Shown piece by piece: positions 50,248 through 63,412 of a DNA stretch of 63,412 nt; within the stretch, counting starts at the first letter, position 1; every line of letters begins with the position of its first letter. The position numbers were made by a program, and so were the translations under genes. The notes under the pieces are model-generated. The model saw only the letters and a list, made by a program, of their open reading frames with translations. It had not been told where the DNA came from and did no database searches. The DNA is from Reclinomonas americana ATCC 50394 (taxonomy: Eukaryota): NCBI GenBank assembly GCA_048213135.1, contig PS015015.1, forward strand, positions 1 to 63,412, written 5' to 3'.

Positions 50248-52336
50248 ATGCGCGCCGATGATAGCGCGGTGACAATGGCGGCGTCGGCGCGAGGCTCTGG
50301 CACGCCGGGTTCGTCTGCTCGCGATTGGGGCACGGCGCGGTCGCTTCAGGAGCCAGTGGGGATGTTTGCGGTGGCGCCGGCGACGGCAGCGCGTGGTTCG
50401 TTTGCGCGCGCGCCGCCACTGAAAGCCGGCGGCAAGTCGGAGCGGTATGATGCAGCACCGACTCATCAGTTGGCCGCCACTGGTGAGTTGAGCGACAGAG
50501 AAACGAGTGAGACGAAAGAGGGGGAAGAGAGACGGGGGTGGTCAGAGAACAAACAGAGAGGAAAACCAGTCGCGATTCTCTCCTCCCCATCTTTTTCGAT
50601 ATCGTACTACTGTGCCGACCGACCTGGACGCAGGGAGTGGGAGCCGGGTGGTGGAGTGCGACACGCTGCCTCGCGTACACAACATGAGCGGAAGCAACAA
50701 CACCTCGCCGAACAAGACGCCATCGCGCCTGATGGCTCCACTGCCGAGCACGCTGCGATCGAGTTCACCCGCGGAACCCACCGACAGTCACGACTGGGCA
50801 TCAGCACCTGCTGCAGGAGAGGCGCTTTCACGCACGCTACCGTCGGTACTGAAGACGCCGATCAAAGGCACAGCGTCCCCGGGCGTCGCCAGGGGTCACC
50901 TGACGTCACAGTTTGGCACGGGATCCATGCCGCCCGTGGACAACCGAGGCCGCGGTCCGGCTCTGCACGCACTGACACGCACCGACTCTGGCAGCAACCA
51001 CCACGGTGATGGCAGTGGCGGTGGCCACGGCCACGGACAGCAGCTACCCGCGCCGAATATGACACGATCGCGGAGTCGGGATCCTGAGCCAGCAGGCCGA
51101 GCCGGCAACTTGTCGCCGGTGATGTTTGATACTGACCGATCCAAGTCGTGCTCCCCAGTGCGTGAGAAGCAGCGACTCAAGGTACCGGTGCACATGTGGA
51201 GTGTGGATGCATCACTGCGTTCTCACAAGCTGCGTTGACAGGAGGAGCAGGAGCGGGAGGACTTTGAGACGCTTCGTTTGCGCATGTTGCACAACAAGGC
51301 CGAGCACTCTGGCCGAATTCGCTTGCAGGACCTCGAAGCGTGGCACGCCAACATGCCGAACCAGCGAGCCAGCATCCGCTTGGTGTTTGAGAAACAGGTA
51401 CGGCCAGGGCTAGTCGGTTGTGTCGAGAGTGAACAAGTGCTCACGTTGGTGTGTGCACGCAGCAACAATTCAAGCACTTTGTCGACGGGGTGAGTGACAA
51501 GAGAGTGACACCGTGTTGCTGCTGACCGTGGGTCTCACCGCTGCTCATACATGCACACAGCATCACCAGGAGCAGCAACGGATGCACGATGCAGTAGAAG
51601 AGGCCGAGCACCGACACGAGATGCGACGACATGACAGGCATCACGGCGACGAGTTTGAGGACGCTCTGCTGACGGTGGACCAAAAGGCCCTAGCAGGCGC
51701 CACCAAGCAGGAGATCACCGTCTCCTCCCTCGAGTTGACTTCGCGTCTGCGTCGACTCACCGCGCCGCACATTGCGCGCCAGATCAGACACCAGCGCCAC
51801 AGGTGCCCATCACCGCATTTGTTCTCTTCACCTCACACTCCGCCTTGACACACTCCCCTTGCCATCTGCACAGCCGCGTCGATGCAAGCAACAGCGAGAC
51901 GATAACGCTCGACTCACTGCTCAACCAGATACGGCAGCCGAGTCCCACTACCGGTCACCGCCTCGCCGTGTCACCACCGTCGCCCACCCAACTGTTGCTG
52001 CCGCCGCACGAGGACGGCTGCGAGGACGACGATGCCACGCCACATCCCACAGAACCCACACCAGCACCTGCCGTCACGACCACCACCACTACCACCAACA
52101 CCGTGCACTTCTCCACGGGCCCACCATCTCCCACGCCGCTGCATTGGAATGGCATCAGACCAGTGGCTGGCTCGTTACTCGCCGAACAGCAGCAACAGCA
52201 ACTCTTGCAACTCAGACACTATCAGCAACAACAACATCAGCAACAGCAACTAGCGCAACACAACAGAGGCTTAGGAGGGCAAACGAGCCCAACACGATCA
52301 CCACTGCGCTCGTACTTGGAACGGGCGCGGACATAG
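50248..52336 (+). CDS. Hypothetical protein, disordered, with a central helical segment and Gln-rich C-terminus
   Basis: Frame-preserving GT-AG introns join ORFs 50248, 50507, 51278, 51513 and 51803; no family recognised. Confidence 0.55.
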
Positions 52337-52470
52337 ATAACTAGCCAGCTTCTGCACAATATAACGAAACTTGTACTCGCGTGTGTAATGCATGGTGTTA
52401 TAGACAGCGAGTCACACGAGAAGAGAAAGGGCGTGAGGGGCATCGCGTGGCCTCACTCCTCACATGCTTG

Positions 52471-53582
52471 TCAGTTTCGCAGCGAAACGAGGACCTCATC
52501 GAACACACGCTTCGGTGCATCGGTGAAGAACATGGTGGCGAACACGTGCGTGCCAAACACCGGGTGGCTCAACACCTTGCAGCAGCCGAGCTCGACCACG
52601 TCCATGCCAAAATGCACGTAGCGATCGTCGGTCTCGAACAGCGTCGTGCTCGTGTGCGCTCCACGAGCCTGCGCACCAGCGTGTGAGTCACGGGCAGCAA
52701 GCTCCCTTTTCACAGGAATAAAACGCAACAGGTTGTCCACAGCCGGCATCAATGTAATCGGCCCAGTAGCCCTGCTCCTCCAGCGCCGCCACCAGTCGCG
52801 ATCCGAGACGCTCAAACTGCACTTGGCATGTCAGCCTCATTCACAACACTATTCTCATCACCAGACGACGACGCAACATTCTCATACAGCCGCTCGCGCT
52901 CCTGCTCAACCTCACCGCCCCACGTACTCATGTCGTGCGCGGTCCGTTGTGAGACAGTCGCCACTGTGAGATCGGTCACATCGCGATCCGGGAACAAGTC
53001 GGCCAGATCGCGGCGCACGTGGCGCGGGCACGGGAACGACTTGAGCTCGACCTGCACACCGCATGCAGACTTAGCGTGCGTGCACGTCGACAGCGTGCGC
53101 ACGCTGCTGCACGCCCACTCACCTCCGTGTCATTCTCCACCACGTCGACCACAAACGGCTTGTCGACGTGGTAAATGAGGGGATTATCCTCGGGCTTGAT
53201 GGTCGGCAGCTCCATTCCTGACGGCACCGCAGGTCCCACCGCCTCAGTCGCCTACCCGACACACCACAGAATGAGCAACAGAGTGATGAGCGCGCTTCTT
53301 TTGGTGAGCGGCAACGCAACACGAGCAGCGCGCAGCCACGATCCCACAGCCACTGCCGGTGCAACGACAGGTGTCACCACAGACGGAGGAGGGGCGCTGC
53401 GCACAGAAGCACCAGCGGCCTGACGCGAGGCTGCACACAAAAGATGCGATCAGTGCGCGTGTGTGCATGGAATCCTCGACCGCGCGTGTGTGCACACCAG
53501 CAGAGGGAACTCCCGTCACTGGTGCCTCACGTGTGAACAAGTTGCGAGTGCCGTTGCGTAGGGCCTGAGCAGCGCGTCGCAT
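52471..53582 (-). CDS. MMADHC: Cobalamin trafficking protein CblD
   Basis: VELKSFPCP..DLFPD..TVSQRT..DMSTW..EVEQERE; GYWADYID; TLFETDDRY; LGCCKVLSHPVFGTHVF..FTDAP; presequence-like N-terminus. Confidence 0.92.
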
Positions 53583-53632
53583 GCGTGTTTGTGTATGAAC
53601 GAAATGAAGAGGACAAGGACCAACCAAGTTCT

Positions 53633-53934
53633 TCATTCATCATCGTCGTCCTCATCAGCATCATCGTCGTCTTCCTCCGAGTCCGACGACGAGTCAAACA
53701 ACGAGAATGAGATGCGCGCCACTGCAGCATCCGACGACGCCACACCCACAGTCGCTCCCGAGCTGGCCCACGGACCAACAGCCGCAGCCGCCGACGTTGC
53801 ACCTCCAGCACCACCTGCAGCAGCTGANNNNNNNNNNNNNNNNNNNNCCAGCTCCTCGTCCAGCGCCTCGGTCTCGCGTCGCATGCGCTCCAGCTCGGCC
53901 GCTGGCACGTGCACGGAGTTGAGCGCGCAGACAA

Positions 53935-53968
<34 letters not shown>

Positions 53969-54151
53969 CGCGCGCGCGTAACTTGCCGCCCACAAGGCCG
54001 TGATTTCATTGTTCAGCGACTGTAACCGCGTGAAGAGCTGGCTGAACTGGTGCCCGTGAAAGTGCTGCGTGAACTGCGACGAGTCCAGTGTCTGCCGCAT
54101 GAGGTCCTCCAGCTGCCTGACCTTGGCCACGAGCTCGTCTTTCAAACTCAT
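53633..54151 (-). CDS. Small coiled-coil protein with acidic tail, unknown function (contains a gap)
   Basis: MSLKDELVAKVRQLEDLMRQ...; intron from 53982; ends DDDADEDDDDE. Confidence 0.55.
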
Positions 54152-54206
54152 GATTGAAGAAGAACGTGTACGTGAGGTCAATCGATCGCTCAATCACTAC
54201 TTTGCA

Positions 54207-55741
54207 ATGGACCACAGCGCAGAGTGGCTCTCTGAGTTCTTCTCGTGGCTCGGCGCACACCGATGCACCACAGACGTTGCGCATCCTTGTCTCTCTCTCT
54301 CTCTCTCTGTCTCCTCTGTGTGTGTGCAACTCACTGTGTGTCAGGCGGTGCGACTTGCCGAGTTTGAGGTCGCCGAGGACGTGCGTGTGCGTGGAGTTGC
54401 AGCTGCGCGACAACTCACGCCCGGAGCGGCGTTTGTGCGAGTACCACGACGCCTGCTCTTGTTCTGTTCGCGACGGAGAATGCGCGAGGTGGCGCCACTG
54501 TTGGTGCCAGTGATTGACAAGTTGAGTTGCATGGCGAGGCAGGAACATGCAGTAGGCGCCATGCATAGTGACGTGTCACGTGCAGGCATGCAGCAGAGTT
54601 GCGACCGGAGACTGCACTGGCTCTGCTGCTGTTGCATCAGCGATCGCTGGGGGAAGCTGCGCCGTTTCGCATGTATGTGGAGTCGACGCCGGCGACGTAC
54701 ACCTCGCTGGCGTACTTTACGCGGGAGGAGATTGTGCGTGGGGGACTGGTGCTGCCGCATGCGGTGCAGCAGGCGTTGCGGTACAAGCGACGAGTGCGGG
54801 AGGTGTGGCGATCGCTGTTGCCGATCATGGCCGAGTATGTGCCGTCGGTGTTTGCCGAGCATGTGTGCTCGCCGCAGTGGGTGCGCTGGGCCTACTGCAC
54901 GGTCATGACGCGCTCGTGTCACATGCGAGTTGGCGCCGACTCGCTGTTTCCGCACGGTAACGACATCTGGTGCCTGGTGCCGATGGGCGACATGGTCAAT
55001 CATGCACCGCACACTGGCGTTGCGTCGTCGTCGTCGGCTGTGTACTATTTCTCCCTCTCACACACACACCCTCACTCGTCTGCAGTCGGGCTGCCACTAC
55101 AACGACGTCACGCAAGAGTACGTGTTCTCGGCGGGCCGAGTGTACGAAGAGGGCGAGCAGGTCTACATCACCTACGGCGACTACGACAACCTCAAGTTGC
55201 TGAAGCACTACGGTTTCGTGCTGGACGACAATCCCGACGAGTGCGTCAAGGTGCGACCGCGCGACGTGCTTCCCGACGACGTGAGCGCCGCCACCATGCA
55301 GACGCTGGAGCAAAACGGATGGATGACACCGTTGCGTCGCTGTCGCCGGCAGCTTGTTCGCATCTGCATGCGCCGTTTTGTAACACTCGTCCGTGCAGCA
55401 AGTGGACACTCAGCGCCACTACGTGCGGCGAGGAGATGCTCAAGGCGCTGCGAGTGATCTTTGGCCGCAGCAACGCAGCGCGCGTCTGGCAGCACGTCCG
55501 CCAGGTGGCCGAACGCCACCTGCACCTGCTGGAGAGCAACGAAAGCCCCGCCATTGACGGCGATGCCAAGGGCGAGGGGGAGGAGGAGGAGGACGACGAC
55601 GACAGATCGCTCGACGAGGGGCTGGAGCACGCAGCCGACGAGCACGAGATGCGACTCGGAATGCTGCGAGCGTTCCGCCACTCCCAGGCCGCCACCTTGT
55701 CGGCGCTCATCCGCAACATTGACGCCGGCGCGGTCTCATGA
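54207..55741 (+). CDS. SET-domain protein methyltransferase, LSMT/SETD3/SETD4-like
   Basis: VRGVAA; WAYCTVMTRS; CLVPMGDMVNH; GEQVYITYGDYDNLKLLKHYGFV. Confidence 0.9.
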
Positions 55742-55794
55742 CGCTCACAGAGCGCGTGTAAAATATAGTCTCGGTGGTGTACTCCTGCAACGTC

Positions 55795-56952
55795 TCACAG
55801 ACTCATGGTGGCGAAGAACATGAGCAGCAGGACCACTGGCGCCGCCATCAGTCCGCGCTTGCCGCGAGGTGTGGTCGACACGTGCACGAGTGCAGCGGGT
55901 ATCAGCACAGCTGCCGAGCTCCACACCAGCGACACGAGCCGCAGCAGGGTGGTGAAGAATGTGGCGACGCCGGTGGGGATTGGCGCCACGAGCAGATTGC
56001 AGAGGGCCAGCGGCAGCAGCGCATAGCCGACCAAGCTGAGTGTCCGCGAGTACACCATGTCCTCACGTCCGAGCAAGCGCAAGACGGCCGACACCACCCA
56101 GCATCCACAGAGCCACACACTAATCGGCCACGATACCGTCTGCGCAGCGCACTGGGCGGTGAGGGAGAAGAGGGGGCATCGGAGAATCAACACAGTATTC
56201 ACGACGCACCGCCTTTTGGTTCGACACCAACGAAAAGATGAGGAACAGCACCGAGAAGAGCGGCCCCCAAAAGTCGGCCTCGGCCAGCTTGACGGCACTC
56301 TCCAGATCGGTCTTCAGCGGCACCACCACTCTCATCACCTTGGCCACAATCGCTTGCGGGTCAATGTCCAACTCCTCCCTGCAAGAGAGTCAGCGCGATC
56401 GCCCGACATCGCTGAGTGGAGATCGCACGCAACAGCAGCGGTCCCTCGCCCGGCGGTGTGCCATTGTCAAAGCTCCCCGTGGGCTCAGGACTCGTGTCCG
56501 ACAGCATGTACGAGTAGCCCTTCTCGGGCCAGAAGATGTTCCTGACGCGACCAAACACTGAGGAGGGAAGTCAGGTACTGTGCAGCAGAGGAGAGCACGA
56601 TCATCATACACACACACACACACCACCATCGTTGTTGTCGGAGATCGCATTGCCGTTGCCGAGGCCACCACTGCTGCTGTGACCGAGCGATCCTCCTCCA
56701 TTGATCATCGGTGGCGGTCCCGAGTGAGCGTACCCTGACGAGCAAGCAGGCAAGTGAGATCGCCTGTCATCCACACACACTCTCACACACACAAGCACCT
56801 TCCTCGGCCGAGATGAACTCCAGCGATGAGGTCGCAGACAACTGACCACCGCCCACTGCCGACAAGTCGCTGGACGATCCCATAGCGGGTGATGGTGATG
56901 CCGATGAGTGTGAGTGCATGCCCGTGTTGGGCGATCGGAGCGCTGCACTCAT
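55795..56952 (-). CDS. YIPF4: Yip1-domain Golgi membrane protein, YIPF4-like
   Basis: PLLEELDIDP..IVAKV; DFWGPL; VSWPISVWLCG; LSLVGYALLPL; LMAAPVVLL. Confidence 0.85.
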
Positions 56953-57033
56953 CGCTCGTTGACGAAGAACACGTGCCGAAATGGAATGCATTTTCGTCAA
57001 CCTTACAAACATCATTTCTCGTTCTCGCGTTTT

Positions 57034-58743
57034 TTACTGATTGGCCGTCGTTCTGAACCAGGTAAACATCTGTGGAACAATAGCAGCAGCACGCTGGGTG
57101 AGTTTTCACAGTTCCGGGCATTTGCGCGAATCGTACGCAACGGCTCGTCTCCGAATGTTGACGGCGGCCAGCACGAGGAGGATCTCGGTGAAGAAAAAGA
57201 CCACCTGGCCGACGGTGACCACCTGCACCATGCCGATGCAAAAATCGATCAACACCAGCGCAATGTACAGCGTTAGTAGTCGATGCATGTCGCGGAACAC
57301 CACGTAGCCTGCACATTGTGCGTGTGTGAGGCGGCATGAAGATTAGCGAAAAGAGCGTGCGTGGGAGACACGCAACAGGCGGCTGCCGTGACGCCGACGG
57401 CCACGGATACGTAGCCAATGACCCAGGAAGCCGGCTGCGATTCTGTGCCCACGCGGATGACGTGCGGCGCTTGTTTGTCTGCAACCGGTGTGAGATGCAT
57501 TGTCGCTCGATCGCCTGTGATATTGAACGACAAACCAAAGAACAAGTACGCCAACACGCCAATGCACGCCACAGCCAGGCAGTAGAAAGCCACCTTTTGC
57601 TGAAAGACTGTCGAAAATTGAATGGCATCTGCGGGGAGACGTCAGTGATGACCGAGAAGAGGCTGCGGGGGAGGGCAACGCACCACGAATGGATGGCTGG
57701 GAGAATACAACAAAGGGGCGCGACAGATTGAGAGCGCCGGCACCCGCAGCTGCCCAGGTGATCCACGTCAACATTACACACAGACGCATGCGTGAGTGGA
57801 AGAGAGAGAAGCACTCCAAACCTTCCTGCGCCTCGGAATCGGACGAACTCTCGTCATCCGACTGATCCTCGTCGCGTCGATCGTCTCCTGCGGCGCCACC
57901 GGCCAGCTTGTTGAGCTGCATACCCAGGTACAGCTGCACACCCACCGCTGCAGTGAGAAGAGAACGACAAGGGAGTAATGAGAGGCAAACACGCAAGACC
58001 TTGTTGTTCGGTTCGACAATCTGCGATGGAATCGCACGGTCGTACGGGCATCGCTTGGCCGCCGCGCCGTGGAACAACATGAATGGTGGTGGTGGTCGTT
58101 GCTGCAGCAACACGCAACCTCAGCATCGACTGTTCAACAAGCAGCAACGAGTGTAGCTCACACACATACACACCTCGTCATCGTCAGCCTCCTCTGTTCG
58201 CGCAGCAGCAGCAGCAGCAGCGCCCGCTACCGGAGCTCCCGCCACCACAGCCGCCACTCCAGCTACAGCTGCACCTGCTCCCGCCGGCGGTGCGCCGCCC
58301 TCGCCCACTCCCGGCAGATTGCCACCAAACATGGCGGGCACTTGGAACGAGCGCATCATGTGCGGCGGTGGTCCGTCGCCCGCCACCGACACAGCCGGCA
58401 GAGGCGGAGGCGGGGCCGGCACATCCGCAAAGGTGGGCGACAGCAGCGCACCGACCGCTGCCGATGAGCTGCGTGGTGGCGACTGACGGCGTGCACTCAC
58501 CAGCTCCACGGGTCGATGTGGGAGACCAGTCACTGTTGCGCGAGGGAATGAGAGAAAGAGAGTTGAGAGGGACGGCACGCTGTCTGTCTTTGAGAGACAC
58601 ACGAACCTGAGCGCGCAGGTCCAACAGGGACGGACGACAACACACTCGATTCGGGTGGAGAACCGCCAGATGATCTGTGATCATATCACACCCGTCACAC
58701 TCACGCACATGCCTCCCTCTCTCTGTCTCACACACACGCACAT

Positions 58744-58787
<44 letters not shown>

Positions 58788-59074
58788 CGTTCTCTCTCCC
58801 CACTCACACACTCTCTCTCACTCTCTCACACCCACTCACTCTCCTGCCCGCAACACACACGCAACGAGTCACCACTGCTGCCACCTCCAGACATGCCACT
58901 GCCACCCACACTGGGATGTCTGAGGAGAGCACTGGTGGCCTCCTCTGCGGATGGTCGTCGCGGTGGACCACGACTGAGACCGCTCACATGCACCGCAGAT
59001 GAACCAGGCGAGGAAGTCGCACTGCCGGTGCTGCTGGCGAGTGACGGGTTGCCGCGTGGTGAGCGATCCCCCAT
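57034..59074 (-). CDS. Hypothetical membrane protein: disordered N-terminus and ~4 C-terminal TM helices
   Basis: Hydrophobic segments VAFYCLAVACIGVLAYLFFGLSF, WVIGYVSVAVGVTAACYVVF, LLTLYIALVLIDFCIGMV, VVFFFTEILLVLAAV; start uncertain. Confidence 0.6.
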
Positions 59075-59662
59075 CTCACTCTGACTCGACGTCGCAGCTG
59101 CGATGCGCAGGTTCGACGATGTCACACAGGACTTTGCCGTGCAACTGCGCCGTCAGCTGTGCACGTCGTAGTAGTGTGTTTATGCAGTGCAGCTACGTGT
59201 AAGCAAGGCAGCGATCACTTTTCTTGCTGCGCGTTGCGAGGTCTCGCGACGTCGACGTCGACGTTGCAAATCGAACATCTTCTCTCCCGAGGCAAGAGAC
59301 CGCACAGCGCACCGTATGCGGCTACAAGCGTACGACTTGAGCAGGCCCAAATGCGCCGAATACGCTGCCTGCTTGCCAAGCCATTGTCGACGTCGCGATA
59401 TCAGTTCGAATTCGATCGCGAATTCGCGACACAGTATCACAAGAGCCGGTTCCACGATTCATGCGCCACCACACGCCATCTACAACACACGTACCAGTAC
59501 CGAGTCTGAAGCCAATAAAGCGGACCTCGCTCACTGCAGTCTGTCGGATGCACTCCGAGACTTCGACAAATTGCATTGTGTTCGGATCTTTGTTGCCGCA
59601 GTTTTCGCAACTAACTTCTCACACACAAGGCACAAGAGAGCGGCCACAGTCAGAGAAAGTTA

Positions 59663-62600
59663 ATGTCGTCGCGGTCGCCTCCGCCTTTACTGGTGGGCGA
59701 CGGACGGTCCACGACTCCCACCTCGGTGACCTCGTCAGTGCTGCAGTCGCACTCGTCGCTGCCTCCGCAGGCTCCACTCGCCGCGCGTGGCAGTCTCGCT
59801 CTGGTGGGCTCTGCGGACACAGGCGCAGGCAGCAGCAGTGGTGGTGGTGGTGAGCGACCCAGCACACCAGTGAGTCAAGGCGCACACTCGGGAGGCGGCG
59901 GTGCAGCAGCAGCGCCTCAGCGCAGTGATTCGCTGCGTGGAACCCTGACGCAGGTTCGTCTCTCTCTCACACACACGCACTCTCCCATCCACACATGTGT
60001 GTCTCTTTCATCTCACAGGAGGAGTTGGAGGGCACCGATCGCTTTCTCCGCTTTGGCGATCGCATTGTGTTGATGCACGCCGACATGCGTGGCTTTATCA
60101 CCAGCGAAGGGTGTGTGTGTTGGGGAGAGAGAGCAGCTATGTGTGTGTTTGTTGTACTCACATCTAGTCATGTCTCGCAGCACGGTCGACGATCGCGTCG
60201 GTCTCACTGCCGGCACTCCCGGCAACCTGCCGCTCACGCCCTCTGGTGAGCTCCCTCCTCCATCTCCGTCTCCGCCATCTCCTCTTCGCGCTCACTGGGC
60301 GTCGCTGCGCAGATGTGGTGTACGAGTTGACTCCGATCACCTCGTACAAGGCGCAGTCGGCCTTTACGCGGCGCCTGAAGAAGGCCATTGATGACTTTGC
60401 GCCGGATCTCACGGCAGTCGGTCGCGCCGAGGTGCTGCGCTCGTTTGATGCGCGCAGACCGCCTCCGTTCCTGCGAGTGGTGCGTTCGCTCGTCCATGTC
60501 TGTGTGCGTGTGTGCCTGATATCTACGCTGCTCACCGCATTGCCCAACAGGATCAACACGAGGAGCGCCGCCTGGAGGAAGTCGGGGACGCCAACGACAA
60601 GATCGGTTCGTTCAACCTGGGCCAGATTGTCGGCACGTCGCTCGAGCTGTACAAGCGGCGTCTCGAGGGCCAGTCGAAGAGTCGCACGCTGGAGGAGTTG
60701 ATGGAGTTGCAGGTGCGCTGTTGTGCATGAGATAGTGAGGGAGAGAGAAACAAAGGCGCTCATTCACCTCGTGGGCAGACTCGCGCCGAGTCCGAGCTGG
60801 CACAAAACAACGCCGAAGACGAGCGTGCGAACGGTCGACCGGTCACCTACGGCACTGTGGTGCAGCTGCGACACGTTCGCTGGGGTCACTACGTGACCGT
60901 GCAGAGCGACATTGCGGAGACGGATGCCGCGTGCACTCGTATTGCGCTGCAGCCGACGGCCAGTTCGCGCTCCTTCTTCGTCATCTCGGCCGGCAGTCGG
61001 TTCCGCGCCGAGGGCGAGCGCGTGCAGATTGGCGACCTGGTGTCGTTCCTCAACCGCAAGTTTCGTCTGTACATTCACGCCAGCCGGGCGGCGATACGCG
61101 ACCGCTTCCGTCGTCTCGAGGTCAACGGCTCCTTTGACGAGACACACTGGCTGCTGCTGCTGTACTCGCGAGCGCGTGCGGCTGGCGACGAGGACAAGCT
61201 GATGGCTGGCGACACGGTACGCATCTTTCATCCGCAGCGCGATGGCTACGTGGCGCGCGTCGTCGGTGCACCGGAGGATCTGTATGGTTTGTTGCGCGCA
61301 TACCTATGCTCTGTTGATGATGAAAGAGTCACCTCACCACCACCACCACCACCACCACCACCACCACCACCACCACCACCACAGTCTCCATCAACGAGCA
61401 GGAGAAATCGGAACTCTCGCGACCGATCCTGCCCGAGGCCGATTTCGAGATTGAGCGTGAGCTGCCGGTGGCCGGTGGATTGATGCGCTTCGGGCAGACC
61501 TTCCGCCTGCGTCACGTGCTCACCGGTGCGTATCTGCGAGTGGAGCCAAAGGTGGTGGACGAGTCGTTGCAGCCGGCGGACTGGTTCGGCGCCGTGGTTC
61601 GCGAACGGCGCTTCACTCGCGCCCACGTGCTGCGCGATCAGAGCGACGACGACGACGACGATGACGACTATGCAGGCGGCATGGGTGGCGACGGTGACTT
61701 GGACAGCCTCGGCCTTCCGCCGTCGCCGACGTCGCTAATGTCACCGGGAGCGACTGACGATGACGCGGCGCGCATGTTTGACGATGACGATGATGATGAG
61801 GGTGGTGGTGGCATGGTGGCCTCGATGAATCCCCTGCAGCGGAATCAGCGACAGAATTCCGCACGCACCCTTGGCGTCGAGAGGCGCCGATCCATTCGCG
61901 CATCGTCCACGTCCATGGAGATTGGCAAAGGTGTGTGTGTGTGTGTGTGTGCCTCGCCAGCGATTATGATGTATTGAGTCTAACGCCGTCATTTCCCCGC
62001 AGGCTATTTTGCTCGCCGCCGTCCGAGTGCTGTGGAGGCTGCAGAGCCGATCCCAGTCGTCGACGTGTCGGATCTGGTGGTACCGGTCAAGGTCCGTTTC
62101 TCCGACGACCGAGCGGATCCCAACTGCCTGTTTGCCTTTGCGCCGCTGCAGTTTGCGGTGCGTTTTTCTCGCATGGCTGTTCGCCGCGCGTACCAGCGTG
62201 ATTTCTCACTGGTGTGCATGACGCTGCGTACGATGCAGGCCGACGACGATGGTCGCAGCGTGGTGCGAGCCGATGCTCTCGTCAGTCTGCGACACGCCGC
62301 TACCGGTTTGTACCTGTCGAATGTCGAGTCACCGATTTGTTTCCGAGGCGTTTCGCGACGCAAGCACACGTCCGCCCCGGTGAGTCCTTCACCACCTCCA
62401 TCGGTCCACGCACAATCCTGACTCGCCTTTGTCCTCTCACGCAGCTGTGCCTGTCCACCATTCCCGATCCCAACACGGCATTCCGCGCGTCGCGAACACT
62501 GCAGAGCGATGTGCAGGATCTGTACATTACGACGCTCACCATTGGAGTTGCGGCGACGTGGTGGTGGTGGCAATCGTCAGCCGTCCTTACCCACTCACGT

Positions 62601-63412
62601 GCTTGATGACACCCGACAGTACTTGGATCAACTGCGCTCGGCACTGAACGAGAACGCTCGCGATCGGCTCGTGGACTACCGAACTGCGTCGACAGTGCTG
62701 CCGCGTTTGATTCGCATGTGTACGGACAGCTCCGAGCTCGACGTCTTCAAACGAGAAGGTGCGCTTGCCTACTGCTGTTACGGGAAGGAGATTGGTGGGT
62801 GTTGACTCGGCTGGTCTCAGGTGCCCCAATTCGCTCACGGCAGATTCTGTTTCGCGAGTGTGGAGTTTCGTTGTCGGTCATCGCTGTGCGCTCTGCTAGT
62901 TGGTGCTGACCGATTGCGATAGATGTACGCGTTCCTGGCACAACTGGCCGCGGCCATCACAAACTCGCGTGATGTGGAGGCTCGTGGCGAGGCCGGCAGT
63001 GTGGTCACGGATACGCTGCGACTTGTCTTCCGGCTCATGAAGCAGATGAGCAAGCAGTACCCGCTCAATCTCTCGCTGTTCCAGCGTGACCTGCCGCTCT
63101 TGCTCGAGTTCTTTGGACGCGATGTCGGCGCCGAGGCCGCCATCATGGAACTGTTGCGTCTCCGAAAAGAAGCAGCAATCGTATCCGCGTGCAATGTTCT
63201 GACACCACCCCGCCCTCTGCTGTTTCACAGTTTCTCGAGCAACAGCCACAGCCTCGTGCGCCAGATCGACTACAAGTACATTCAGTTCTTCATCGATTTG
63301 CCTCGTCGGCGGGGCTTCACATTTGAGTTTCGTGTATGTGCGTTGCTGGCATCGTCGCCGCTCATGACTAACAAATTGAGTCTTAAAGGCACTTGCCGTT
63401 CCTCATCGAGTT
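59663..63412 (+). CDS. ITPR: Inositol 1,4,5-trisphosphate receptor-like Ca2+ channel, N-terminal part (suppressor, MIR, RIH); runs off the right edge
   Basis: FLRFGDRIVL..GFITSEG; YGTVVQLRH; FRAEGERVQIGD; LMAGDTVRIFH; GGLMRFGQTFRLRHVLTGAYL; PIRSRQILFRE. Confidence 0.9.

Overview
Gene-dense, GC-rich eukaryotic nuclear DNA, probably from a unicellular protist (lineage not determinable here). It is a draft assembly with nine N-gaps and pyrosequencing-like noise at some gap edges. Splicing by hand gives about 24 intron-rich genes in the standard genetic code. Introns are short GT-AG (mostly ~55-100 nt) and intergenic spacers are very short, often head-to-head. Recognisable products: GST-hemerythrin fusion, degenerate Rab-like/U-box protein, Tim44, DJ-1, mitochondrial-type bL36, INO80B, NFRKB-like, a degenerate soluble-adenylyl-cyclase/STAND-like protein, HAP40, DEAD-box helicase, FAD synthase, MMADHC, SET methyltransferase, YIPF4 and an IP3 receptor. 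Three signals stand out. (1) A large second class of 5' splice sites reads GTTGCG/GTTACG/GTTAAG, i.e. the normal donor consensus displaced by +1 nt, and is used by at least 25 introns. (2) A very large secreted precursor carries five exon-encoded copies of an unrecognised cationic CX17C-X8-12-CX16-17C module and sits divergent from a second secreted gene. (3) A lipid-anchored Cys-GST-hemerythrin fusion is paired head-to-head with a myristoylated pseudo-GTPase/U-box E3 ligase. All gene models and family assignments are manual and from recalled motifs, without transcript data or database searches.
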